A DNA stretch of 64,000 nt from the sequence record LR745206.1, one strand, 5' to 3'. Below the pieces are notes generated by a model. The model had not been told where the DNA came from, searched no databases, and saw only the letters and a program-made list of their open reading frames with translations. Below, piece after piece: positions 48,061 through 57,492 of this stretch; the first letter of the stretch is position 1; every line of letters begins with the position of its first letter. A program made the position numbers and the translations under genes.

Positions 48061-48759
48061 TTAGGATTTATTTTTATGTAAGGATTTAATCTGACCCTTG
48101 TACAACTCTTTAATTGTTATTCTTTTATTTGTGATATGATCCAAAACCCACCCATCTTGTTCTCTATATGTTCGTCTTTTATCATTTCTGTTACCATATC
48201 CGATTTGGTTGAATCTAGCTTCTTTTATTTCATCATTTTTAGAACTATCATTAATTGATTGTAATTTTTCCTCTAACCTCTTCCAAGCAGCTTCTTCGTT
48301 TTTACCTTGTGTTCTGCTTTCCTCTGAACGCACCATTATACCACTTGGTTTATGTAATAGTATAACACAAGTTGATCTTCTGTTGACATTTTGACCGCCT
48401 TTACCACCAGAGCAGGTATATTGACGCTCTACATCACCTTTATTAATAATAATTTTTTGATTTTGATTTTCGTTCATAACCGCAACTGTTACAGTGCTTG
48501 TTTGAACTCTACCTCTTTTTTCAGTTGGAGGTATTCTTTGCCATCTATGTCCACCTACTTCGTTCTCAAAGAACTTACCGACTCCGTTTCCAGTCAGTCA
48601 TATCGAGACATATCCTGGTATTCAGTGTTCTACTTTATAGGAGAATCCGTTTAGGTTAGCAGTCTTTTTATAGATATCTGCCATATCATTTACAAGAAGT
48701 TTGGCATCTTCACCACCTTCAGCTGCTCGAAGTTCGAGTTTAATTGTTTGTGTTTTCAT
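48061..48759 (-). CDS. prfA: RF1-like peptide chain release factor (232 codons, no domain 1) with two in-frame TGA codons
   Basis: Hand-translated LELRAAEGGEDAKL...VEH*IPGYVSI*LTG...GGHRWQRIPPTEKRGRVQTSTVTVAV...GGKGGQNVN; TGA at 48624-48622 and 48600-48598. Confidence 0.9.
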
Positions 48760-48787
48760 TTTATTCGGTTTTTTTTATTATATATTC

Positions 48788-49132
48788 TTATTTAAGACTC
48801 AGTTTATCTTTTAGTTTAACAAAATTAAATATTTGCTCCTCAGTTTTATTATAGAATTTCATTTTACTTTTCAATACCCAATTAAGATCTTCTATTCTTT
48901 TTATACAACTTCTTATATAAAAAGATCCATATCTTTGTCTCGAAGATGTTATTTCATCCCAATTAGCACTCAATACAGCCTCGATGTTTATGGTTTCATC
49001 TTTTAATAAAACCTTTTTGAAATTAACACATCTAATCTCTAAAGAATCTTTTATTTGATTAACATCATGTCCGTTTTTGAAAGATTGTATAATGGTTGTA
49101 TCAACCATTTTAAGTATTTTATCTGCATCCAT
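48788..49132 (-). CDS. hypothetical protein
   Basis: Start moved to MDADK, 4 nt after TATATTTG; heads the RF operon. Confidence 0.7.
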   Translation of the reverse strand: MDADKILKMVDTTIIQSFKNGHDVNQIKDSLEIRCVNFKKVLLKDETINIEAVLSANWDEITSSRQRYGSFYIRSCIKRIEDLNWVLKSKMKFYNKTEEQIFNFVKLKDKLSLK

Positions 49133-49242
49133 ATTACAAATATAAGGAATTAATTCCAATATATAGATATATGAATATCATTTTGTATATTTTTGGGTTT
49201 AGTTATAATAAGAAAGAAAATTCTTATACTAGAATAAGATAG

Positions 49243-49692
49243 CTATCGACCACTTCTATTAATCTTACGTAATGCTTTTTGTAATGAGAATTCAACTTTA
49301 GCAACAGCATCTCTTTTAAATTTAGATCTTCTTTTATTCAACTCTCTTTTAAATACAGCACTTATATAATTCTCTGTATTTATATCTATTTCTATATCAT
49401 ATCCGAAAACGGTATTAACCATTTTAATATTCCTTGGTTCTAAGAAGAAAAATATATCACCACTCGGATCTATTCTTTTTATATAACATTCTTGTGATTC
49501 GATATCATAGTATAATTCAGATGTTGAATCGAGTATAGATTTAATAATAATATCAACTGCCATACTCTGTGACTCATTTAATTTTGTTGGTCTTTTAGGT
49601 CTATCAATTTTTGATTTCATTTTAAGCACTCTTTTCCACCTAACCCACATGCGCCTCAATTTCCACTTTATCTTATCTTTCAATGTTCTCAT
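49243..49692 (-). CDS. basic hypothetical protein
   Basis: 149-aa ORF. Confidence 0.7.
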   Translation of the reverse strand: MRTLKDKIKWKLRRMWVRWKRVLKMKSKIDRPKRPTKLNESQSMAVDIIIKSILDSTSELYYDIESQECYIKRIDPSGDIFFFLEPRNIKMVNTVFGYDIEIDINTENYISAVFKRELNKRRSKFKRDAVAKVEFSLQKALRKINRSGR

Positions 49693-49791
49693 ATCCGTTT
49701 ATTATAATTTACAATACTTTATATATTATAATTCTAAGTGATAATTTTTACAATTTGTTAAATTATCCTTAATTTCATTGATGTTGGGAGT

Positions 49792-50040
49792 TTATATCTT
49801 ACCAGACTTACTTCCATGTCTTAATTCATCAGATAATATCCCAAATGTTATTTTTATAATAGGGTTATCTCTAAAGCTTTTTAGATTTATAAGTATTGTT
49901 CTTAATGAACCTCTGTCTGGGTCACCTATAAATGATTTAGCATAAGTGTTTAAATCAATTAATCTATCATCAATTGTCCCATCTGAGTTCATTATTCTAT
50001 GAACTTCCTCATATATATCTTCGTATTTTTGTAAATTCAT
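49792..50040 (-). CDS. hypothetical protein
   Basis: 82-aa ORF. Confidence 0.65.
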   Translation of the reverse strand: MNLQKYEDIYEEVHRIMNSDGTIDDRLIDLNTYAKSFIGDPDRGSLRTILINLKSFRDNPIIKITFGILSDELRHGSKSGKI

Positions 50041-50041
50041 T

Positions 50042-50215
50042 TTACTTTATAACTAATCTATCACCATCAAACATACCAAACATCATATTAATCCATTGTT
50101 TGGGTGTGTTTTGTTCTTTTAGTTGTATTCGAATTTGACACATTTGTTCTCCTTTATCATTAAATTCTTTAAAATAATAATAAAAGTTATCACGCTCTCT
50201 TTGTATAAATTGCAT
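50042..50215 (-). CDS. small hypothetical protein (57 aa)
   Basis: Hand-translated MQFIQRERDNFYYYF...RLVIK*; fills the gap exactly. Confidence 0.55.
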   Translation of the reverse strand: MQFIQRERDNFYYYFKEFNDKGEQMCQIRIQLKEQNTPKQWINMMFGMFDGDRLVIK

Positions 50216-50216
50216 A

Positions 50217-50660
50217 TTATCTATCTTTTATTAGATTGGATCCCAATGCAGCGCTAGTAGCTAATACATCACATCTTTCATTTTCGACATGACCATTGTG
50301 TCCTTTAACCCAATTAAATGTTATTTTGAAGTTTTTATGGACATTTAAGTATCTTCTCCAAATATCTTCATTCTTTTTTCCTCCAAAATTTGACTTCTTA
50401 TCCCAGTTGAATACCCAACCTTTATTAATAGAGTCTATAACATATTTTGAATCGGAATATATCTCGATCGGATATTTTGTAATTTTAATAGACTCTAAAG
50501 CAACAACAATTGCGAGTAACTCCATTCTATTATTTGTGGTATGAATATATCCCTGTGATATTTCTTTGGTTTTATCCTTAAATTTCATGACGATTCCATA
50601 TCCGCCTGGACCCGGATTACCGCGCGAACTACCATCTGTATAAATATAAATTTTATCCAT
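50217..50660 (-). CDS. rnhA: ribonuclease HI
   Basis: IYTDGSSRGNPGPGG, TNNRMEL, SDSKY, WVKGHNGHVENERCD. Confidence 0.96.
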   Translation of the reverse strand: MDKIYIYTDGSSRGNPGPGGYGIVMKFKDKTKEISQGYIHTTNNRMELLAIVVALESIKITKYPIEIYSDSKYVIDSINKGWVFNWDKKSNFGGKKNEDIWRRYLNVHKNFKITFNWVKGHNGHVENERCDVLATSAALGSNLIKDR

Positions 50661-50786
50661 AATTACAAATATAGTGAATTTAATTGATTTTTATTTATAT
50701 CAAATCAATTAAATTAGTTTTAATAAATATCAAAAAAGAGATTTAATATATAATATATACATTATAAACAAAAATAATACTATAAT

Positions 50787-51368
50787 ATGAGATACCTAAA
50801 AGCTTTTGAAAATTTCAAAATTAATGAAGAAACAGAGGGTGATATAGATCAAGTTGTTACACAGAAGATTAATAATTTATCTGATGAGGATAAAGATAAA
50901 GTTAAAAATGAACTAATTAACCTAGCTGATAAACTTGGATTATCACCGGAGGATATGACAGATCCAAATAAAGTAGGTGAAGCACTATCTAAACATCAAG
51001 GTGAACTTGCTGAAATAACTGAATCAGTTCTTAATGAAGGATTGAGTGATTGGTGGGGTAGAGTAAAAAACTCTTTCTATTCTTGGATGACTAAGTTAGG
51101 TATTATGGGTATGTTGGGTAGTATAACCAGTGTAGCTATTGGGGCAAATGCTCTAGAAACAGCAACCAATTTAGCTGATTATGTACCAGATTCAGTTGTT
51201 GAGCCTAACACAGCTATTATAATGGGTGGTATTGCTTTGGTAATATCATTAGCGGCTACAATAGTAGGAATGCAAGGTCAATCTAGTCCGGTGGGTTCTA
51301 ATAATGCTATTGATCCTGAAAGAGCGAAGGCGATAATTGCTAAAAGAAAACTTAGACACAGAAGATAA
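50787..51368 (+). CDS. membrane protein, N-tag
   Basis: MRYLKAFENFKINEE; two C-terminal TM segments; tandem TAATATATA at 50744-50759. Confidence 0.75.
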   Translation: MRYLKAFENFKINEETEGDIDQVVTQKINNLSDEDKDKVKNELINLADKLGLSPEDMTDPNKVGEALSKHQGELAEITESVLNEGLSDWWGRVKNSFYSWMTKLGIMGMLGSITSVAIGANALETATNLADYVPDSVVEPNTAIIMGGIALVISLAATIVGMQGQSSPVGSNNAIDPERAKAIIAKRKLRHRR

Positions 51369-51385
51369 TAAATATATTTAAAATT

Positions 51386-51417
51386 AAAAAACCTCAGACT
51401 ATATCTGAGGTTTTTTT
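51386..51417. terminator. bidirectional terminator
   Basis: AAAAACCTCAGA/TCTGAGGTTTTT between convergent genes. Confidence 0.85.
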
Positions 51418-51418
51418 A

Positions 51419-51772
51419 TTATTTAGATTTTTCAAGTTTAATTTCATTTAAGACTTCGATGGTATATTTAAATTCACCATATACAACTTTAGCATCCTTG
51501 AAGAGTACTTTTGAGTAAAAGAATTTATACAATAAGAAGTGTGATACCATCAACATAATACCTGCTGATGCAAGTACACCAAAATCAACATTTGGTAATA
51601 GGTAAATCAAAGTTACCAAAAATGGTATAAGTGATGCAATAAAGATAGTAGATTCACTATATAAAAATTTCATTACTTTTGAAATTTTAATAGCGATGTT
51701 GATGTTTTTAACGGTCTCGTTGTTAAAATCTTTTTGGATTTCTGACTTTAGTGTTAATTTATCTTTTGTCAT
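51419..51772 (-). CDS. membrane protein
   Basis: Two TM segments. Confidence 0.65.
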   Translation of the reverse strand: MTKDKLTLKSEIQKDFNNETVKNINIAIKISKVMKFLYSESTIFIASLIPFLVTLIYLLPNVDFGVLASAGIMLMVSHFLLYKFFYSKVLFKDAKVVYGEFKYTIEVLNEIKLEKSK

Positions 51773-51845
51773 GTCTTTAGTTTTTTGTAGTGATTATTTA
51801 GTGATTATTTAACAAATATAAGCAAATAATATCGATAAAAGAAAT

Positions 51846-52133
51846 TTATTTATATATTTCTTTTATAATTTCCAAAGTTTTTTGATTTATTAACTCTTTT
51901 ATCAATGGATCGTTTGGATCATCTTCGATAACACAAAATTCCTTATCCAATCCTTTTATCAATTCATTGTTTATTACAAGTTCTAATTCGTTGGTTGCTT
52001 TATATTTAAACTTTTCGTTATTTAGATAATTTTCATTTATATACTTAGCAAGAATCCTAACTCGATGTTTATTCATTATATCATCTATTTCTTCTAAAGA
52101 AAGCTTTGATAATTTTATTCTCTTTTCCGACAT
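51846..52133 (-). CDS. hypothetical protein
   Basis: 95 aa, coupled. Confidence 0.6.
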   Translation of the reverse strand: MSEKRIKLSKLSLEEIDDIMNKHRVRILAKYINENYLNNEKFKYKATNELELVINNELIKGLDKEFCVIEDDPNDPLIKELINQKTLEIIKEIYK

Positions 52134-52402
52134 TAGTTATTCTTTTTAAATTTTTGTTCTTTTCCACAATAGAAGCATTTTATGTATCTATTATCATCAA
52201 CACCAACAATCCTTTTATCACATTGGCTCAAACACTTAACCTGTGATTTAACATCACTACGATCAACTATTTTTGTTCTCTTGGATTTGAAGAATTTAAC
52301 CACGACATCATCATCTTTTTCGGATAAGACTTTACCAAGCTTACCATTAACGGTAACAATTTCTTCTGGTGTAAATTCCTCAAATAGCTTTATATAAAAC
52401 AT
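52133..52402 (-). CDS. SH3/Zn-ribbon protein, N-tag variant
   Basis: MFYIKLFEEF; CLSQC..CFYC. Confidence 0.65.
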   Translation of the reverse strand: MFYIKLFEEFTPEEIVTVNGKLGKVLSEKDDDVVVKFFKSKRTKIVDRSDVKSQVKCLSQCDKRIVGVDDNRYIKCFYCGKEQKFKKNN

Positions 52403-52426
52403 AAGTTATATATAAAGTTGGTAAAC

Positions 52427-52630
52427 TTATTTATGCTTTGTTAGATATATATCAAACGTTTTATCACATAATAAGTTACGAACATCATGAATATATTCTT
52501 TCTCATTTGGTTCTAATGATTGATAACTATCAATCACCTTTGAGGCATTACCTGTATCCTCCATAGTCACACAACTCTCTATAATTTTATATATTTTTGA
52601 TTGTGCCATTACATTTAAATAGGGTGTCAT
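52427..52630 (-). CDS. hypothetical protein
   Basis: 67-aa ORF. Confidence 0.6.
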   Translation of the reverse strand: MTPYLNVMAQSKIYKIIESCVTMEDTGNASKVIDSYQSLEPNEKEYIHDVRNLLCDKTFDIYLTKHK

Positions 52631-52644
52631 AATTTATTTATTTA

Positions 52645-53382
52645 TTAGTTTATAATATTTTTTAACTTTTCAATTTTTTCTTCACTTAGTAATTTACCCA
52701 TTACTCTCCAATAGATATCATCAGTACTAGCCATTGATTCTGATAATCTAAATATAGGAACCGGATTCTCTATATTCTTTAGCTCCATTTCGAAGATATA
52801 AAATAACATAAATTCTTTAGAAATAAGAATAACTTCTGGGTTATCCACTAGTAATTTATCATAGTTATTATTACTTTTTAAAATCTCAAAAGATGCTGGG
52901 TAAAAATGTTTTATTAGTTTATTATAAAGATAGAACCCGATAGATGATGTTGTGTTAGCAAATAGCTTAGTATTAGATTCTATTCTTGATGTTCTGTTAA
53001 TAACTGAACCGACATAAGTATTTAGTGAATCCTCTCCAACTCTCCAAATACTACCAGAATCAGCACCAATACCGAATGATGTATAAAATCCGGTGCTTTT
53101 GGTAAAATCACTACATATCTTATTTAATGCTCTATTAACAGCTAATAAAAAAGCATATCCATCAATGTGATTATTTTCAGATAGGAATATTGTTAATACA
53201 CCATCACCAGTTGTACCCATGTGTATATCATCTGATATAAGCTTTGCTATATCAGATTGTGCTTGATAATATTTCTCAATAAATTGTAAAAATTCATCAG
53301 AATAATTATGTTGGAATTTTTCGAATAACCCACTGAAATTTCTAATATCGGTTAATATTGTCGTAGCGTATGTTTTGTGCAT
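52645..53382 (-). CDS. class III adenylate/guanylate cyclase
   Basis: ILTDIRNFS, TGDGVL, GIGADSG, VGSVINRTSRIE. Confidence 0.85.
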   Translation of the reverse strand: MHKTYATTILTDIRNFSGLFEKFQHNYSDEFLQFIEKYYQAQSDIAKLISDDIHMGTTGDGVLTIFLSENNHIDGYAFLLAVNRALNKICSDFTKSTGFYTSFGIGADSGSIWRVGEDSLNTYVGSVINRTSRIESNTKLFANTTSSIGFYLYNKLIKHFYPASFEILKSNNNYDKLLVDNPEVILISKEFMLFYIFEMELKNIENPVPIFRLSESMASTDDIYWRVMGKLLSEEKIEKLKNIIN

Positions 53383-53462
53383 CTTTTTTTATTTCAGGTC
53401 AAATATACGGATTTTTTCCATATTTATAGGATAATATATACATTATAAAAAAATTATTATTT

Positions 53463-53849
53463 ATGAAGTACTTAAAGAAGTTTTTCGAAGACCTTGAAGA
53501 GGCTCAAGAAGAAATGGCACAAGCTCAAAATGAGGGTGACATGGGTGCTTGTATAGAAGCATGTAGAAAATGTGTAGAAATCTGTAACAAATGTGCTGAG
53601 GAATGCGCATCAAATGATATGGAAGATTGTGCAAAGATATGTAAAGAATGTGCCTTACTATGTGAGTTGTGTGCTACATCTTGTGAAAATGGATCAACAA
53701 GATCTAAAGACATATGTGAACTTTGTGTTGATGTGTGTAAAGATTGTGTTGAATCTTGTGAGAACTGTGGATCAGAAACCTGTACAGAATGTGTTGGTGT
53801 TTGTAACACTTGTATCGAAGAGTGTATGAAATGTCTCGAAACTATGTAA
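53463..53849 (+). CDS. Cys-rich four-helix copper-storage-like (Csp/DUF326) protein, N-tag
   Basis: MKYLKKFFE; 24 Cys in CxxxCxxC periodicity. Confidence 0.75.
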   Translation: MKYLKKFFEDLEEAQEEMAQAQNEGDMGACIEACRKCVEICNKCAEECASNDMEDCAKICKECALLCELCATSCENGSTRSKDICELCVDVCKDCVESCENCGSETCTECVGVCNTCIEECMKCLETM

Positions 53850-53855
53850 AAAATT

Positions 53856-53881
53856 AAAACCACTCAATGAGTGGTTTTTTT
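53856..53881. terminator. bidirectional terminator
   Basis: AAAACCACTCA/TGAGTGGTTTT. Confidence 0.8.
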
Positions 53882-54262
53882 GTTTATTAAATCATCTAAA
53901 TTTTTTCTTCTATTATATAACTTTTTTGACTTCTCAATTTCATCTTTACTATTACCGAACATATAGTTACCATAATATAATAAAGTAGCATCTTCTAAAT
54001 TCTCAGATATACATTTATCACAAATACCAATTATTATTTTATCACCATCATGACTACTTCCGTATCCAGCGTCAATGATATGTATTATACCATTATTGAT
54101 CATCGCGTTGTTTATGGATTGTCTTCTTGTACCACCGTCATTCATCGATACAGATTTATCTTCCCATAACATATCAACCTCACTTTTTTGATCAACACCA
54201 TCAATGTCGTTACCAACATCTATTGGTTCTATATTATTTTCTTTACAACATATACAATACAT
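53864..54262 (-). CDS. hypothetical protein, C-tag
   Basis: CICC..CDKC; NRRKNLDDLINK. Confidence 0.7.
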   Translation of the reverse strand: MYCICCKENNIEPIDVGNDIDGVDQKSEVDMLWEDKSVSMNDGGTRRQSINNAMINNGIIHIIDAGYGSSHDGDKIIIGICDKCISENLEDATLLYYGNYMFGNSKDEIEKSKKLYNRRKNLDDLINKKTTH

Positions 54263-54263
54263 A

Positions 54264-54878
54264 CTATTTCTTTATAATTCCTAAATCCTTCAATGCTAGA
54301 TACCCAAAATAACCACCAAATATTGCCATAAAGAAGTATCCAGTTAGTAAACTAAAAATAACTAATAATATTGATGTTATTAAAGATGTCTTAGATGCGA
54401 TATCAGCGGCTTTTCTTCTGGTTATATTTAGCTTCCTACTTCTTGATAGAAGGAAATCCTTTAATATTCGGCCTCCATCCATTGGATATATTGGTAATAT
54501 ATTGAAAATGAATAGGAATAGGTTAACCATCATAAATGAATCAATAAATTGATTTGTGTAAACCAAACTTATAATAAATCCCAGTAAATATAATAATAAA
54601 TTACTAGCAGGTCCAGCAGCTGAGATTGGTATAGCATCTCGTTCATGCATGTTAGAATCGATTGCGGCTGATCCATTGAATAACCCAATCTCAATACCAT
54701 ACACATGATAACCCTTTCTATTAGCTACATAAGCGTGTGCCATTTCGTGTAAGAGTATAGCGATAAATATCGATATAGCTACTGATAATGGAGCTAGTGC
54801 GAATATAATAAGGAATAATAGATTTAATTTAACAGGTGATCCTAGAAAATTAAATAATTTAAATGTTAAATTTGTCAT
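54264..54878 (-). CDS. site-2 protease (M50)
   Basis: LLHEMAH, AGPASN, FNILPIYPMDGG; start moved to MTNLT. Confidence 0.92.
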   Translation of the reverse strand: MTNLTFKLFNFLGSPVKLNLLFLIIFALAPLSVAISIFIAILLHEMAHAYVANRKGYHVYGIEIGLFNGSAAIDSNMHERDAIPISAAGPASNLLLYLLGFIISLVYTNQFIDSFMMVNLFLFIFNILPIYPMDGGRILKDFLLSRSRKLNITRRKAADIASKTSLITSILLVIFSLLTGYFFMAIFGGYFGYLALKDLGIIKK

Positions 54879-54883
54879 ATTTT

Positions 54884-55291
54884 TTAATATTGTGTTATTG
54901 TTAATTTTTGCCCACCGTACCAAGGGGAAATATAAATTTCTTTTCCATCAATTTCATCACATGGGAATTGTTCAAATCCTTCACCAATACCATCAGACCA
55001 TTGACCTTGTGTATATTCACCCAAATCGTGTAATTCATCTGGTGTTAGTTCTCTTGTTGATGAATAGGTAGTTATTGTGTATAATTCACCATTTTCATAT
55101 TTGAATCTCATATAACCACCACTTACCGCATCAGTATATGAATCATCATCAAAATAGTCAGAGAAATTATCTTGACAATCTATACCATCTAATTTAGATA
55201 AATCATCTGTTCCACCAACACTACCAGATTTAGCCTTTATTGTTATTTTCCATTTTTTTGTTTGTTGTTCAAACATTTTTATTTTATCCAT
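54884..55291 (-). CDS. acidic hypothetical protein, N-tag variant
   Basis: MDKIKMFEQ; GQWSDGIGEGFEQ. Confidence 0.7.
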   Translation of the reverse strand: MDKIKMFEQQTKKWKITIKAKSGSVGGTDDLSKLDGIDCQDNFSDYFDDDSYTDAVSGGYMRFKYENGELYTITTYSSTRELTPDELHDLGEYTQGQWSDGIGEGFEQFPCDEIDGKEIYISPWYGGQKLTITQY

Positions 55292-55326
55292 ACTATTTAA
55301 TTTTGTGATTTTTGAATTATAAAAAA

Positions 55327-56943
55327 TTACCAAGATCCTGATGATCCACCACCACCTGATGATCCACCACCAAATCCACCAAAGCTACTACCACTTGAGC
55401 TACTACCATATGATGATCCACCATACCCACCATAACTACTTGAACTAGAACTTCTTCTCCTTCTTCTAGAACTCTCTTCATCATCTATATCAGAACTAGC
55501 TTTTCTAGTAACTGACTTTATTTCGGATATCAAAGATAATAATAATAAACAAGAAGATATAACCGATGATTGGTCATAATTGGGTGAATATTTCTTTACC
55601 TTATCTTCAACATCCTTAGCCTTTCTTCTTGTTGATGATGATACATCAGAATCTTTACACTTCTTATTCATTTTAGATAATAGATCAGGTAATTCCGATA
55701 ACCCTGATTTAATAGATTTGTTTGATGAATAATGTGATTCGAGATCACTAGAATATTTAGAAATTATAGAATTTGAATGATCAATAAGTGATAAACATTT
55801 CTTATAATCTATTCTTAATTTTTCTATATTTTTTATATCTAAATTTTTCTCTATCTCAGAAAAATATCTTCTACTACTTTCAATATTATTTATAATGTTC
55901 ATATCAGACCATTTGATAGAGTATAGTCCTTTATCATTTGAAACCTTAAAGGATCTAACTGAATCATTTAATGATTTTATTTTATACTCTAGTGTGTTTC
56001 TATCAACAAATGATTTTATTTCTGAAAAATCTTTATGTGTATTAATTATATTAATCATTGGATTAATTGATGAACTAGATATTCTAACAAGTTCACTTGA
56101 TTTACTTTCTAATTTATCTAAAGATATTGATGTGTCACATAGTTTAACTATGTCAGAAATATCATTAGATAATTTTGTCCATTCTTTTATTTTTGGGTTG
56201 TTGGGTTCTAGTGATTTAACCGTTTCTAAAGTTCTGTTGAATTGTATTGCATTAGCTTTTATTTTACTAATAACATTATTAATCATTCTTCTCAATTCTT
56301 CTGCTTTTTCTTTAGCAATTCTTTTTATTGTAAAAAGACCCCATGCCGCAAATCCTAAAACCAAGATAATACCAAACCACATGAAGAAGTTTGCCACTGC
56401 TTTTCTAGATTCTTCTGCATCTTTCTCAGCTTGTATTTTATTTTTCTCAATTTCTGCCTCTCTCTCTATCCAAGTCATTTCACCTAATCTATTTTGAAAT
56501 AGGTCAACTATTGGATTAATACCACCGAAGTAGTCATTTTTTTTGAAGTGTGATGGGAATTCCTTCTCAGCTTCAATCTTAGTATATCCATCAGTCAGAT
56601 ATTCTTCTAGACCATACCCAACTTCAATTCTCCATTTACGTTCATTAGGAGCAATTAGAATCATTAATCCATTATTTTTACCAGATTTACCAACACCCCA
56701 TCTATTATATAAATCGTTGGTAAAACTTTCAACATCACGATCATTAAGTGAATTAACAGTAACAATTGCAAACTCAATATCTGTTTTCTTTTCAAAGTTT
56801 TCAATCTTGGTATTTAAAATTGATTCTTGTTCATCTGATAATACATCAGCATAGTCATTTACCCAATTATTATACTTTAAGTTATCTTGTGAAAAGGAAC
56901 TTAAAGTTAATAAAGTCATTAATATAAATATAATTTTCTTCAT
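55327..56943 (-). CDS. TPM-domain membrane protein
   Basis: WVNDYADVL, WGVG, RIEVGYGLE; TM; coil; GGFGGGSSGGGGSSGSW tail. Confidence 0.9.
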   Translation of the reverse strand: MKKIIFILMTLLTLSSFSQDNLKYNNWVNDYADVLSDEQESILNTKIENFEKKTDIEFAIVTVNSLNDRDVESFTNDLYNRWGVGKSGKNNGLMILIAPNERKWRIEVGYGLEEYLTDGYTKIEAEKEFPSHFKKNDYFGGINPIVDLFQNRLGEMTWIEREAEIEKNKIQAEKDAEESRKAVANFFMWFGIILVLGFAAWGLFTIKRIAKEKAEELRRMINNVISKIKANAIQFNRTLETVKSLEPNNPKIKEWTKLSNDISDIVKLCDTSISLDKLESKSSELVRISSSSINPMINIINTHKDFSEIKSFVDRNTLEYKIKSLNDSVRSFKVSNDKGLYSIKWSDMNIINNIESSRRYFSEIEKNLDIKNIEKLRIDYKKCLSLIDHSNSIISKYSSDLESHYSSNKSIKSGLSELPDLLSKMNKKCKDSDVSSSTRRKAKDVEDKVKKYSPNYDQSSVISSCLLLLSLISEIKSVTRKASSDIDDEESSRRRRRSSSSSSYGGYGGSSYGSSSSGSSFGGFGGGSSGGGGSSGSW

Positions 56944-56954
56944 AGTTAGTTAGA

Positions 56955-57470
56955 TTAAAATTCAACGGTTGGTACGATATCAGCTCCTTCAGCAGATTCA
57001 AAGTAATTTCTTGTCTCAAACCCAAACATATTAGCCCATAGGTTACCAGGAAATATTCGAATTTTCTTATTATATTTCTTAACAGTCTCATTGAAATTCT
57101 TTCTCTCAACAGCAATTCTATTTTCTGTACCTGCCAATTCAGCTTGTAGTGATAAGAAATTCTCATTAGCTTTTAAGTCTGGGTATCTTTCGACAACCAT
57201 TAGTTTAATGTTTACACTTGTAGCCTTGGATCTTGCTTCAATAACACCTTCTAGTGTTTCTTTTTCGTGTGCGGCATATCCCTTAACTGTGTTTACTAGA
57301 TTTGGGATAAGGTCTACTCTTCGCTGATAGACATTCTCAACTTGTGACCAAGCTGTTGATACATCTTCGTCATTTGAGACGAGTGTGTTGTAGGTTGAGC
57401 AACCATTCATTCCGGTTATCATCAACAGGAAGATTAAAACTCCCCAAATAATTTGACTTTTTGTTGGCAT
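56955..57470 (-). CDS. lemA: LemA family protein with internal in-frame deletion
   Basis: YQRRVDLIPNLV, YPDLKANENF, ENRIAVER; helix between ATSVNI and KLMVV absent. Confidence 0.9.
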   Translation of the reverse strand: MPTKSQIIWGVLIFLLMITGMNGCSTYNTLVSNDEDVSTAWSQVENVYQRRVDLIPNLVNTVKGYAAHEKETLEGVIEARSKATSVNIKLMVVERYPDLKANENFLSLQAELAGTENRIAVERKNFNETVKKYNKKIRIFPGNLWANMFGFETRNYFESAEGADIVPTVEF

Positions 57471-57492
57471 AATTTAATTTAGTTTAATTGAT

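Noticed and set aside
48590-48630. prfB-style +1 frameshift in the release factor
   Set aside because: RF homology stays in one frame across both TGAs, there is no CTT-TGA slippery site, and the +1 frame at the second TGA stops immediately (GAC TGA).
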